A stretch of 64,000 bases of DNA from a virus (IMGVR_UViG_3300012979_000002:32001-96000); one strand, 5' to 3'; positions 36,943 through 46,700 are shown, numbered from the stretch's first letter. The notes: generated by a model from the letters alone, not told the origin. Program-made: numbers and translations.

Positions 36943-37668
36943 ATGGCAACATTAATACTGAATTGTGACGGTACAGCCAATTCTTTTGAAAATAATGCGA
37001 ACATAAGAATTACATATACCGCAGGTGGTGGTAGTGTCACCGTTACAGAAATTGAAGGGATGAGAACCGATGGCTATTCTTCATATGAGGATGTTTCTCA
37101 AACAATTCAAATAACGGTTGGGGGAGTAGCAAAAACAGTTAGTGTTGGTAGAGTACGCTTTATGTCGGGGTCTTCTTATTCCTCATGGAATGTAACCGAC
37201 ACAACCTGGACAGAATTAAGTGGAAAGGTAAGTATCAAGGTGGGTGGTTTAACTCACTGGTCTGGAGCGGCTTATTACAATAAGACCTTTACTAGTACAT
37301 CAGATGCTATAGATGCGGGTTCTACGATACGGGTTATAACCTATGACGCAAACGGAGGAACGGGAGCCCCATCTCAACAAGAAAAAAAAGATGATGTAAG
37401 TCTCACCCTAAGTTCTACCAAACCAACCCGTACCGGTTATACCTTCCAGGGCTGGTGTATGAGCCCTGAAGGGGTGGGTACTATGTATAATGCTGGTGGT
37501 ACTTTCACTCAAAATGCAAGCTTAACTCTGTTTGCCATATGGAATTTTGTACCTATGGTACAGGCCAAATCAAACAGCTCTTGGGTAGGCGGAGATTTAC
37601 AATATAAATCAGGCAGCTCGTGGCTACCTGCTTCAACTATAAAACTAAAAACGAACGGAGACTTTTAA
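36943..37668 (+). CDS. Putative fibre-tip adhesin with one InlB-B repeat
   Basis: ITYDANGGTGAP...KPTRTGYTFQGW...TLFAIW; C-terminal AKSNSSWV...YKSGSSWL...KLKTNGDF. Confidence 0.7.
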   Translation: MATLILNCDGTANSFENNANIRITYTAGGGSVTVTEIEGMRTDGYSSYEDVSQTIQITVGGVAKTVSVGRVRFMSGSSYSSWNVTDTTWTELSGKVSIKVGGLTHWSGAAYYNKTFTSTSDAIDAGSTIRVITYDANGGTGAPSQQEKKDDVSLTLSSTKPTRTGYTFQGWCMSPEGVGTMYNAGGTFTQNASLTLFAIWNFVPMVQAKSNSSWVGGDLQYKSGSSWLPASTIKLKTNGDF

Positions 37669-37687
37669 TGGAGGTGAATAAACAAAC

Positions 37688-39778
37688 ATGGCAAATACAA
37701 TTAAAATCAAAAGAGGTCCTAGTGCAAGTCTAGCTTCAGTATCATTGCAGCCTGGAGAAATGGCTTACACTACCGATACAAAAAAATTATATATATCAAA
37801 CACAGATGAACCTATTAATAATAACACTACTTATTCTATCTCTAAGTCAGGTTCAACTATTACCTTAACTGGTAGTGATGGAAGTAAAACTACTGTTAGT
37901 GATAGCAATACTACTTATAGTGATGCCACTACTAGTGCTAGCGGTTTAATGACTGCTACTATGGTAACCAAATTAAATGGTATTGCTACTGGAGCAAATA
38001 AAACAACAGTGGATAGTGCTTTGAGCAGTACTTCTACAAACCCAGTACAAAATAAAGTAATTAATTCAGCGTTGGCAGGCAAAGCGGATACTAGTGCTAT
38101 ACCCACCAAAGTTTCAGAATTAACTAATGATAGTGGTTATAAAACTACAGATACTAATACAACTTATACCTTAACTCAAGATAGTTCAGATGGTCATAAA
38201 ATTACATTAACACCATCTTCAGGAACAGCAACTACAATTACTATCCCGGATAATAACACCACTTATAGTGCCATGACAGCAGCTACTTCAAGCGCAGCTG
38301 GTAAAGCAGGTTTAGTACCCGCTCCAGCCGCCGGTAAGCAAGCATCATTTTTAAGAGGTGATGGTACTTGGGTAGTACCAACTAATACCACTTATAGTAA
38401 TATGACTGCTGCCACATCTAGTGCTGCTGGTAAGGCTGGTCTAGTACCAGCTCCAGGAGCAGGAAAACAAGCTTCCTTCTTACGTGGGGACGGGACTTGG
38501 GTTGTACCTACAAACACCACTTATTCAGCGGCAACTACAAGTGCAGCTGGGTTGATGTCTGCAGCAGATAAGACTAAATTAGATGGTATCGAAACAGGTG
38601 CTGACACAGTTTCTTTTACACAGTCATTAACCAGTGGTACTCAAATTGGTACTATAACTATTAATGGAACGGCGACAAAACTTTATTGTCAAACAGATAC
38701 AAATACCACTTATAGTGCAGCCACTACTAGTGCAGCAGGATTGATGAGCGCTGCTGATAAAACTAAACTAGATGGCATTGCAACTGGGGCTAACAAATAT
38801 AGCCACCCTACTTCTAGCGGTAATAAACACATTCCTTCTGGAGGTTCTAGTGGTCAAATTCTTCGTTGGTCTGCTGATGGAACGGCAGTTTGGGGAGCTG
38901 ATAACAACACCACTTATAGTGCAGCTACTCAGTCAGCTAATGGTTTAATGTCAGCGGCCGATAAAACCAAACTAGATGGTATAGACACTGGCGCAACTAA
39001 AAATACAGCCAGCTCTACAACACCAAAGGCAGCAGGAACAGCTTCCGTAGGTAGTGAAACTACTTATGCTCGTGGTGACCATGTTCATGCGGCTCAAACA
39101 ACGGTTAGTGGAAACGCAGGGAGTGCTACAAAATTAGCAACCGCTAGAAACTTCACAATCGGTAAAACAGCCAAATCATTTAACGGAACTGCAGCTGTAT
39201 CTTGGACGCTAGATGAAATTGGTTCTAATGTATATGTAGGAACCAGTGCTCCAAGTGATGCTGACGTAGATGTTTGGATAGACCCTACGGGTTCAGTTAA
39301 CCTAAGTGCTTTATGGAATAGCATTTATCCAGTAGGTGCTATTTATATGTCAGTTAGTTCTACAAACCCTGGAACATTATTCCCAGGCACAACTTGGACA
39401 GCATTACAAGATAGGTTCTTGGTTGGAGCTGGTAACTCATATGCAGTTAATGCTACTGGTGGACACAAAGACTTACAATCACACACCCACAGCATTCCAG
39501 CATTAAGTGGTACAGCAGCAGCTAGTACACACACTCACGTTGTAACCACAAAAACAACTACATATGCACAAGGTTCTCAATCTTCTTGGAGATGTTTATC
39601 TTGGCCTGGAACTAATGCTGACTATTCTCAGACAGTAACTACAAACAATGGTACAGCCGATGGTTCACATACCCATAGCGTTACTACAACAGCAAACACA
39701 TCTGGTTCTACCGGTGCTGGTAATGGCGGAAACTTGCCACCATACTTAGCTGTTTATATGTGGAAGAGAACTGCATAG
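37688..39778 (+). CDS. Tail fibre protein with Mtd-N-like start and gp10/collar-like C-terminus
   Basis: MANTIKIKRG..GEMAYTTDTKKLYI; IYPVGAIYMS...HTH/HSH motifs...NLPPYLAVYMWKRTA. Confidence 0.9.
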   Translation: MANTIKIKRGPSASLASVSLQPGEMAYTTDTKKLYISNTDEPINNNTTYSISKSGSTITLTGSDGSKTTVSDSNTTYSDATTSASGLMTATMVTKLNGIATGANKTTVDSALSSTSTNPVQNKVINSALAGKADTSAIPTKVSELTNDSGYKTTDTNTTYTLTQDSSDGHKITLTPSSGTATTITIPDNNTTYSAMTAATSSAAGKAGLVPAPAAGKQASFLRGDGTWVVPTNTTYSNMTAATSSAAGKAGLVPAPGAGKQASFLRGDGTWVVPTNTTYSAATTSAAGLMSAADKTKLDGIETGADTVSFTQSLTSGTQIGTITINGTATKLYCQTDTNTTYSAATTSAAGLMSAADKTKLDGIATGANKYSHPTSSGNKHIPSGGSSGQILRWSADGTAVWGADNNTTYSAATQSANGLMSAADKTKLDGIDTGATKNTASSTTPKAAGTASVGSETTYARGDHVHAAQTTVSGNAGSATKLATARNFTIGKTAKSFNGTAAVSWTLDEIGSNVYVGTSAPSDADVDVWIDPTGSVNLSALWNSIYPVGAIYMSVSSTNPGTLFPGTTWTALQDRFLVGAGNSYAVNATGGHKDLQSHTHSIPALSGTAAASTHTHVVTTKTTTYAQGSQSSWRCLSWPGTNADYSQTVTTNNGTADGSHTHSVTTTANTSGSTGAGNGGNLPPYLAVYMWKRTA
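38258..38515 (+). repeat. Two tandem 129-bp (43-codon) coding repeats
   Basis: TTYSxMTAATSSAAGKAGLVPAPxAGKQASFLRGDGTWVVPTN twice; 41/43 aa identical. Confidence 0.9.
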
Positions 39779-39792
39779 GGAGGTTATAAAAT

Positions 39793-40839
39793 ATGGCATT
39801 ATTTAAAAGTACAGGTACGGTTTATACGAGAAGTGGGTCCTCTTCTTATAATACACAAGGTGACGGTAGAACAGCTGCCGATTTCCACTACTCTCAAAAC
39901 CAAGCAAACAACGTAACTACTATATCTTTCCAACCGGTTGCATATTTCTTTTCTGCAGCCGGTGGAGGTTCATCTAATACCTTCTCAATCACTGCTACCG
40001 CTAAAGTAGTAATGAATGGGAAAACTGTCACAAAGAGTTCAACTATAAGTAAGTCAATACCGGGAGGTACAGCTACTGTATGGTCTGGTATGGTTACAAT
40101 AGGTGACTTCCCAATGACAGACTCTGGTACTGGTACCGCAACTATCACTTTAACTTCTAGCGCAGTTAAATGTGATGGTTCGACTCTGGGAGGAGCTTCT
40201 TCAAGAAGCACTACCTTTACTTATACATTCCCAACGATTACCAGAAATTATACAGTATCGTATAACGCAAATGGTGGAACAGGGGCACCAAACAGTCAAA
40301 CTAAAACTTATGGGCAAACACTAACCTTAAGTTCCACAAAACCTACTAAAGCTAGTACTACAGCTACGGGGTACACAGTTACATTCAATCCTAATGGTGG
40401 TACATGTGGCACCCCCTCCGCTACCAGTACCAAAACAACGAACTACTCATTTTCATCTTGGAACACTAGTTCGGATGGTACTGGGACTTCTTACGCAGCT
40501 GGTGGAAGCTATACGGCGAATGCTGCAGTAACTTTATACGCTCAATGGACTTCGTCAACAGTTAATGGCAGCGTTAATTTACCTACGGCTTCTATGGGCG
40601 GTTACATATTTTTAGGCTGGTCTACTTCTACTACAGGGTCTGTATTAAGTGGCTCTACTTATACGCCGACCAGTAATGTAACTCTATATGCTAAATGGCA
40701 ATTAGTACCTAAGATAGCGCGGGTGCATGCTCGCTCGGGTACGTCATTTGTTAGTGACCCATTGGTAAAAGTAAAGGTTAATGGTAATTGGCATGTCGTT
40801 ACAAATATAAAAACCAGAAACTCAAATGGGAACTTTTAG
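39793..40839 (+). CDS. Putative fibre-tip adhesin with InlB-B repeats
   Basis: YTVSYNANGGTGAP, TLYAQW, TLYAKW; C-terminal VKVKVNGNWHVVTNIKTRNSNGNF. Confidence 0.75.
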   Translation: MALFKSTGTVYTRSGSSSYNTQGDGRTAADFHYSQNQANNVTTISFQPVAYFFSAAGGGSSNTFSITATAKVVMNGKTVTKSSTISKSIPGGTATVWSGMVTIGDFPMTDSGTGTATITLTSSAVKCDGSTLGGASSRSTTFTYTFPTITRNYTVSYNANGGTGAPNSQTKTYGQTLTLSSTKPTKASTTATGYTVTFNPNGGTCGTPSATSTKTTNYSFSSWNTSSDGTGTSYAAGGSYTANAAVTLYAQWTSSTVNGSVNLPTASMGGYIFLGWSTSTTGSVLSGSTYTPTSNVTLYAKWQLVPKIARVHARSGTSFVSDPLVKVKVNGNWHVVTNIKTRNSNGNF

Positions 40840-40866
40840 AGAGTAATTTTACTCTCTTCTTTTTTT
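40838..40866 (+). terminator. Rho-independent terminator
   Basis: AGAGAGTAA-TT-TTACTCTCT followed by a T-run. Confidence 0.75.
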
Positions 40867-40870
40867 ATTT

Positions 40871-40900
40871 TAAACCCATAAACCCTACTATATATTAGAG
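40871..40900 (+). promoter_or_regulatory. Putative late promoter
   Basis: TAAACC-N9-TACTATATATTAGAG. Confidence 0.6.
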
Positions 40901-40923
40901 CGAAGAACAAAGGAGGAACGTGT

Positions 40924-41541
40924 ATGTATAAAATATTAACAAGACTACATACTCTTAAGCCAGGAAACTTCCATTATCACATGGTAACAGACGCTAATGG
41001 AGAATTAGTAGAATTCCAAGCAGAAACTAAAGAAGAAGTTGAAATGGAAGCCATTAAAATCTTACGTCATGTAGGATGTATGGATTTAAGAGTAATTGAA
41101 GAGCATCCATATTATGTAGACATACAATATGGTACAGATGAAGATTTTGATTATGATAACGAAGAAGCAAGGGCATTGGCTCTTGTAGAATATATCGGTT
41201 GGGGAGATTTAAGAATCTCAGACAACAAACCTTTTTCAGTTGATATGATTTGGGGGGAAAGAGAAAAAGATGAAACCCGTTACACTTTAAGTATTACAGG
41301 ACCAGAGTCTTGTGTATTTGAACCAAATTACATTGACAATATTATTCCCGGCACAAGTAAAGTTGTAGGTGTAACTTTTACTGAGCCAGTTAAGTCGTTC
41401 CACTTTATCATTAATGGAGAGAGAAGTGAATGCGTACCTGGTTGGATAGATTATACTTATATAAGCGACCAACAATGCGTATTAACTTTCAATGCCATTG
41501 ACCAAAACTACGAAATACAAATTGAAGTGGATACAGAATAA
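40924..41541 (+). CDS. Acidic hypothetical protein with an internal duplication
   Basis: AIKILRHVGCMDLRVIEEHPYYVDIQYG resembles ALALVEYIGWGDLRISDNKPFSVDMIWG. Confidence 0.65.
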   Translation: MYKILTRLHTLKPGNFHYHMVTDANGELVEFQAETKEEVEMEAIKILRHVGCMDLRVIEEHPYYVDIQYGTDEDFDYDNEEARALALVEYIGWGDLRISDNKPFSVDMIWGEREKDETRYTLSITGPESCVFEPNYIDNIIPGTSKVVGVTFTEPVKSFHFIINGERSECVPGWIDYTYISDQQCVLTFNAIDQNYEIQIEVDTE

Positions 41542-41564
41542 TATAAAAGGAAAGGAGAATAGAT

Positions 41565-41960
41565 ATGAAACCAGTAACACGCGAGTTAATTTATTTATAC
41601 CATCCTAGGGAAATAGATTGGATGGGCTATGAGCTAAGGTCAATTACAGACCTGACCTATCATCACATTGTTAAGAAAGAGCATGGCGGTAAGCTGACGC
41701 TTGATAATGGTGCGTTGCTCCGTGGGGATACTGGGCACGAATACTTGCACATCATAGAGGGCAAGGATTTGGACATGTACATTTATATTAACAACTTATT
41801 AAAAACAATCAACACGCAGGGATACAACCCTACGAAAAGACAATTATTAGCCATCAGAGCAATACTAGAACAATTTGAGAGAGAACATTGCTCGGACCGT
41901 ACATCAAAAGGGAAACCGCTAATAAGAACAAAATATATAGAGGGAAGAAAGAAATTGTAG
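41565..41960 (+). CDS. HNH endonuclease-like protein
   Basis: LTYHHIVKKEHGGKLTLDNGALL...HEYLH. Confidence 0.8.
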   Translation: MKPVTRELIYLYHPREIDWMGYELRSITDLTYHHIVKKEHGGKLTLDNGALLRGDTGHEYLHIIEGKDLDMYIYINNLLKTINTQGYNPTKRQLLAIRAILEQFEREHCSDRTSKGKPLIRTKYIEGRKKL

Positions 41961-41987
41961 GGAAGGGTAAAAACTTCCCTACTTTTT
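41957..41987 (+). terminator. Rho-independent terminator
   Basis: GTAGGGAAG-N8-CTTCCCTAC followed by T5. Confidence 0.75.
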
Positions 41988-42008
41988 ATTTTAAGGAGGA
42001 GAGAGCGA

Positions 42009-45000
42009 ATGGAAGTATATGTAAAAGAATCGCTACATGTTTTAGACTATCAAGACCAAATAGTAGATAGTATTTTTATATCGGACGACCACACGACACC
42101 AGGCTATGCCTATGAGATTAATGTGGTGGAAGCAAATACTGGTTATAGTGATTTAAGTTTTAGTATGCCTAATACTATTATTAACGACAAAGGGGAATCA
42201 GAAAAGAATCCTCGCTTGGGGTTATTAACACCGCTAGTTAAATTACGTTACCATAGACAGGTATTTTATAAAGGAGAAGAAACTATAGTAGTTCGTGAAC
42301 CAGAAGGTTATGGTGATACCGTTACTTATGTTGACAAAGAATATTCTAACGCGTACCCTAACAACATCATTGAAAATTATATAATGGACTATATAGTTCA
42401 ACCAGTAGACAAAAGGAGAGAGGGCGTAGGTATTTCCACTAAGTTTACAGCTATAGACTATCCTAGATTTAATTTGAGTAAAAAGAAAGTTGGTTTAACT
42501 ATAGCCACTGATACCGTTACCAAAGAAGAATGGTCTTTATTTACAGATAGACCATTAGATGTTGCTGGGACTATTAAATATGTAGAATGGGATAGCAACT
42601 TAGCACAAAAAGCTGGTACCTCTAACATATCAAATGAATGGTCTCCAGTTAACGCCGAAGATTATCCTTTGACCAAAGATAATATTACTAAATTAATGGA
42701 TAGCACTAGCGAATGGCCTTATGGTTTATTAGCCACAGCTTTTTATTGGAGAATAAAAGGGACATCTCGTTACGAAGGACAATTATATAAAGATGGAAGT
42801 TTTTTAGTTTTACATCTATACGACTTTTACAGTCTTAGTGATGATAAGGTAGACCCTGACAGACACATTAGATACAAAAACGCTAGCGACCAAGAAATAC
42901 TTCACTACGGGTATGACTGGACGCAATTGCATCCTTCTGACAACTACCTATGTCCTAACAAAGCGGACAACTATTTATCTCACATATTAGAAGGAACCAA
43001 TTGGGACGTTGGTTATGTGGAAATCGTTACCAAAGACATTCCTAAACCTAATGCAGAAGACCCTAAGGTAGAGCAAAAGACAGAGTCAGCACCTATGACT
43101 TGCAACATTAGCGTAAGCAACGGTAACTGTTATAATGCTATTACTGCTGTGTGTCAAGGTTTACAATTATATCCTATTTTTGATTGTATCAAACGTACAG
43201 TATCTTTAAGAGCCTTCTCAGGAAAGAATCACGGGTTAGTTTACCGTTTGGGCTCTAACTTAACATCTAATAATGTAAAAACAGATGGAGATAAAGTTAT
43301 TACTAAATTATATGTAAATGGGGGTAAGGATTATAACGGAGACGCCAACATAAACATTGGTGATGCTACTCGTTCTTTTGAAGATAAGGGTAACCCAGAC
43401 GAAGCAAAACCATGGAACCCAAATGACCCTAGATACATCATTAAGCGTAGTCCGTATGGAACAAACTACATTTATAATTTCAAGTGGATGTTTGACAATG
43501 GTTGGATGACCCAAGACCAAATTACAGGACTATATGAAATTAGCCAAAAAATTAATGACGAAAATAAAAAGTTCATTGGACCTTATACAGAGGATAGATT
43601 AAGAACTTTACAGGAATACAACGATGCTGTAAACAATTATGACTTGTCGCAAGGAGAGTACCAATCTATACTAAATAGTATGATGAATAAATACTACAAA
43701 AAATATGGACAATACAGCGAGGGTATGCTATATGCCTTCCACAAAGCACCTTTAGGCTTGCATGAGAAAAATGGTAAAAATTATTTATGGATAAGACATT
43801 GTTATAAATGTGGCAAAACTGAATCAGTAGAAGGAGCAAAGCAACCTGATTTAGTTTGTAGTGCATGTAAGGCTTCTAACAAAGACTTGCCAGAAAGCCA
43901 AATGCCATTAGTACAAGTAGACGAGTTATACATTCCTGTATATAATGATTACAGAGAGAGTATTACTCCGCCACCTGCTCCAGAATATCCTTATGGTACT
44001 CCAGATGGTAAGTACCAGGATGTAGCTTACGAACCTTACATTAAAGGAGATTATTTAAAATTAGTTGGAACTCTAGATAGATACACAGATGACTATCCAG
44101 AGGACCCAGAAAAAGATAGTTTTGACATAGGATACTATGAAAGTAAAGTATATATCACTAGACCTATTGATATGACCGGAGAAGATTCAATCGATGGTTA
44201 TGATTACATTATGAACAATGTGTACTTAAGGGCGTCTAGTGGACACATCGAAGAATGGAACAATGACATAGATGCAACGAAAGCGACATCATTTATTTAT
44301 CATTACGGGAAGATGCTTACGAACCTACGCATAGTAAATGAATGCCAAGAAAAATTAGACAAGCTTCAAGAGCGTTATGACACTTGGAAAGCTGAAGATG
44401 ATAGATTGCATGCTTTAATTCAAGACGCTTACGGAGATTACATCGTAGAAGGAACTTATACTAATAGCGAACAACCTTATGTAGGATTACTATTTAGAGA
44501 AGGTATGGAGGCTTCAGACAAGTTTGCCGTACCAGAAATTACTTATACATTAGATGTAGTTGACTCTAGTGGATTAGTTGAATACAGACAACCGAACGTA
44601 ACCAAATATGCTTGTAATTTATGCCACCATACAGTTATATATCCTATAACAGTATGTCCTAGATGTGGTCATACAGGCATTGAACAGTACGAAGATACTT
44701 ATAATGATTTGGTTCATACATTACATAGCGTGGGACAGATTATTCCTAAAGCAGGAGACTATGTTACAGTTTACGATGAACCAATAGGAATGTTTGGGGT
44801 TCCAGCTCTTATTACAGAAATTAGTAGAACTCTAGACAATCCAATTAATAACAAAATTAAATTAGATACTTCATATACTGACGATGAAGAATTGGTAGGA
44901 AATATTATTACAGCAACGAACACTGTATTAAGCAATGCAGACATATATGCTCGTACTGCTGTGTTAAAGGCTGATGGGACTATTGATAGCGCATCATTAT

Positions 45001-46700
45001 CTCAATCATTAAACGACCCTAATGCTAACATTAGTATTGTGGGAACTAATGGTAACATGTTATTAACTGGTAGCGCTTTACAATTTACCGACCCAGCCGA
45101 CAGTACTAGAGCAATGAAATATACTGGTACTGGTATATTTAGTACTACCACACTAGAAGAAAATAACGAAGGTACTTTATGGACCAAAATGATTACCCCA
45201 GATGGTATTAATGCTAATTATATTAATGCAGGGGCAATTGATACTCAACAAATTACTATTATGTCAGGTTTAACTGCTAAGGTTATTATGGATGAATATG
45301 GTTTGGCTATTAAAGATAGAAGTAGCGTAAGCCATCACCTTAAATCTTTTGATAAAGCCCAGGCTTTAACTGATGCTGATTATGCTAGCAATTGGGGCAA
45401 AGAAAATAACTTGGCTGGATTTATAGGAGTAGATAAACAAAAGAATCCTCTAATATATACTAAAGGATTTTTAGTAGCGGAAGAGGGTAGTAATATAGCT
45501 AACTGGATTACAAGTAAAGATGGCTTCTACCATTTAGATGACAAAAGCAACAAAGACCTATGGTTAAGCCCAACTGGTTTAACAGGAACAGTTAATGGCA
45601 AAGAAAAACAATTTGCTTTATATGCTAACGGTAATTTTGGTGTAGAAACAAATGGTATATTACACGCCACAGGAGCTAACATTAGTGGTAAAATTACAAT
45701 TACTGACGCGGCTTCAGATATAAACCAAGGAACTATCGCAGGCTTTACTGCTGGTACTAATGGATTAGCAAAAGGACGTATAGTATTAAGTCCAACCGGA
45801 GGAGCTATTAAAGCATCTGTAAATACTAAATACACCTGTACAAAAAACAATACCCACGTATTCACTAACTATTTTGATTTAAAAATAGTAGATGGTGCTC
45901 TTAAGTGTCCTACATGTGGAGAAGCTGTTACAGCTTCAGACGGCAGTGGAGAACGTTCTGACTGGGCTATATTCGCCAATGGTAATTTTGGTGTTACTAC
46001 TAGCGGGCATTTATATGCAGCAAACGCTGACATTAGTGGGACTGTCAAAGCAACATCTGGTGAGTTTAAAAATGCCACTATAGATAATTGTACTATGACA
46101 AATTGTAAGATTGGTGCTGGTCAAATCACTTCTGGTACATTAGACCCAGTTCGCATTCCTAACCTTAGCGCTGATAAGATTGATGGGGGTACCATTACTG
46201 GTTCTCATATTCACTTAAATAGTGGAACTTTAAAATTATGTAAATCTGGTCATGCAGAAATCACGAACGGCACAGGCTTCTTTTCTATGGGACCTAAAAG
46301 TTCTTGTTCTAAAGCGGTAGCCGTAACTCATCCTTATGTCAGCGGACTAAACGTGGCTACGCAGGGTTCTAATAGCGGAGGTATATCATTTAGAACAGGT
46401 ACATCTATTGAGGGTGTAGGTGATGAGGGAGCTCATATTAGCATGAATTCCTCTAGCAAACTGGAAGTACATAGTAACGGTACAGTAAATATTAAAGGTA
46501 CCGATATAGCAATCCAAGCTGTATCTACAGGAGGCGGGGACAAAGGTTACTTACGTCTAGGTATAGCTGAATTAAGATTAGGGGCAGAAGGAGCTCCGAC
46601 ATATAATACTGGACAAAGCACAAGTGTAAAAGTTATGGTTGGAGAAGATTCATACAAAACTTTATATTTTGAACACGGTATTTTGTTTAAAGTATCATAA
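42009..46700 (+). CDS. Tal/baseplate hub-central tail spike protein
   Basis: ILEGTNWDVGYV, VITKLYVNG, PEITYTLDV, GDYVTVYDE..ITEISRTLDNP, ITPDGINANYINAG, IPNLSADKI; C-terminal LYFEHGIL. Confidence 0.8.
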   Translation: MEVYVKESLHVLDYQDQIVDSIFISDDHTTPGYAYEINVVEANTGYSDLSFSMPNTIINDKGESEKNPRLGLLTPLVKLRYHRQVFYKGEETIVVREPEGYGDTVTYVDKEYSNAYPNNIIENYIMDYIVQPVDKRREGVGISTKFTAIDYPRFNLSKKKVGLTIATDTVTKEEWSLFTDRPLDVAGTIKYVEWDSNLAQKAGTSNISNEWSPVNAEDYPLTKDNITKLMDSTSEWPYGLLATAFYWRIKGTSRYEGQLYKDGSFLVLHLYDFYSLSDDKVDPDRHIRYKNASDQEILHYGYDWTQLHPSDNYLCPNKADNYLSHILEGTNWDVGYVEIVTKDIPKPNAEDPKVEQKTESAPMTCNISVSNGNCYNAITAVCQGLQLYPIFDCIKRTVSLRAFSGKNHGLVYRLGSNLTSNNVKTDGDKVITKLYVNGGKDYNGDANINIGDATRSFEDKGNPDEAKPWNPNDPRYIIKRSPYGTNYIYNFKWMFDNGWMTQDQITGLYEISQKINDENKKFIGPYTEDRLRTLQEYNDAVNNYDLSQGEYQSILNSMMNKYYKKYGQYSEGMLYAFHKAPLGLHEKNGKNYLWIRHCYKCGKTESVEGAKQPDLVCSACKASNKDLPESQMPLVQVDELYIPVYNDYRESITPPPAPEYPYGTPDGKYQDVAYEPYIKGDYLKLVGTLDRYTDDYPEDPEKDSFDIGYYESKVYITRPIDMTGEDSIDGYDYIMNNVYLRASSGHIEEWNNDIDATKATSFIYHYGKMLTNLRIVNECQEKLDKLQERYDTWKAEDDRLHALIQDAYGDYIVEGTYTNSEQPYVGLLFREGMEASDKFAVPEITYTLDVVDSSGLVEYRQPNVTKYACNLCHHTVIYPITVCPRCGHTGIEQYEDTYNDLVHTLHSVGQIIPKAGDYVTVYDEPIGMFGVPALITEISRTLDNPINNKIKLDTSYTDDEELVGNIITATNTVLSNADIYARTAVLKADGTIDSASLSQSLNDPNANISIVGTNGNMLLTGSALQFTDPADSTRAMKYTGTGIFSTTTLEENNEGTLWTKMITPDGINANYINAGAIDTQQITIMSGLTAKVIMDEYGLAIKDRSSVSHHLKSFDKAQALTDADYASNWGKENNLAGFIGVDKQKNPLIYTKGFLVAEEGSNIANWITSKDGFYHLDDKSNKDLWLSPTGLTGTVNGKEKQFALYANGNFGVETNGILHATGANISGKITITDAASDINQGTIAGFTAGTNGLAKGRIVLSPTGGAIKASVNTKYTCTKNNTHVFTNYFDLKIVDGALKCPTCGEAVTASDGSGERSDWAIFANGNFGVTTSGHLYAANADISGTVKATSGEFKNATIDNCTMTNCKIGAGQITSGTLDPVRIPNLSADKIDGGTITGSHIHLNSGTLKLCKSGHAEITNGTGFFSMGPKSSCSKAVAVTHPYVSGLNVATQGSNSGGISFRTGTSIEGVGDEGAHISMNSSSKLEVHSNGTVNIKGTDIAIQAVSTGGGDKGYLRLGIAELRLGAEGAPTYNTGQSTSVKVMVGEDSYKTLYFEHGILFKVS

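Noticed and set aside
10975-41960. TAG reassignment (code 15) suggested by frequent TAG stops
   Set aside because: Conserved genes are full length under code 11, and TAGs fall at natural protein ends, often as part of the next RBS (TAGGAGG).
12586-46700. Diversity-generating retroelement or invertible fibre shufflon
   Set aside because: No reverse transcriptase or recombinase in the window, no near-identical repeat pair differing only at adenines, and all fibre genes share one orientation. A trans-acting element elsewhere cannot be excluded.
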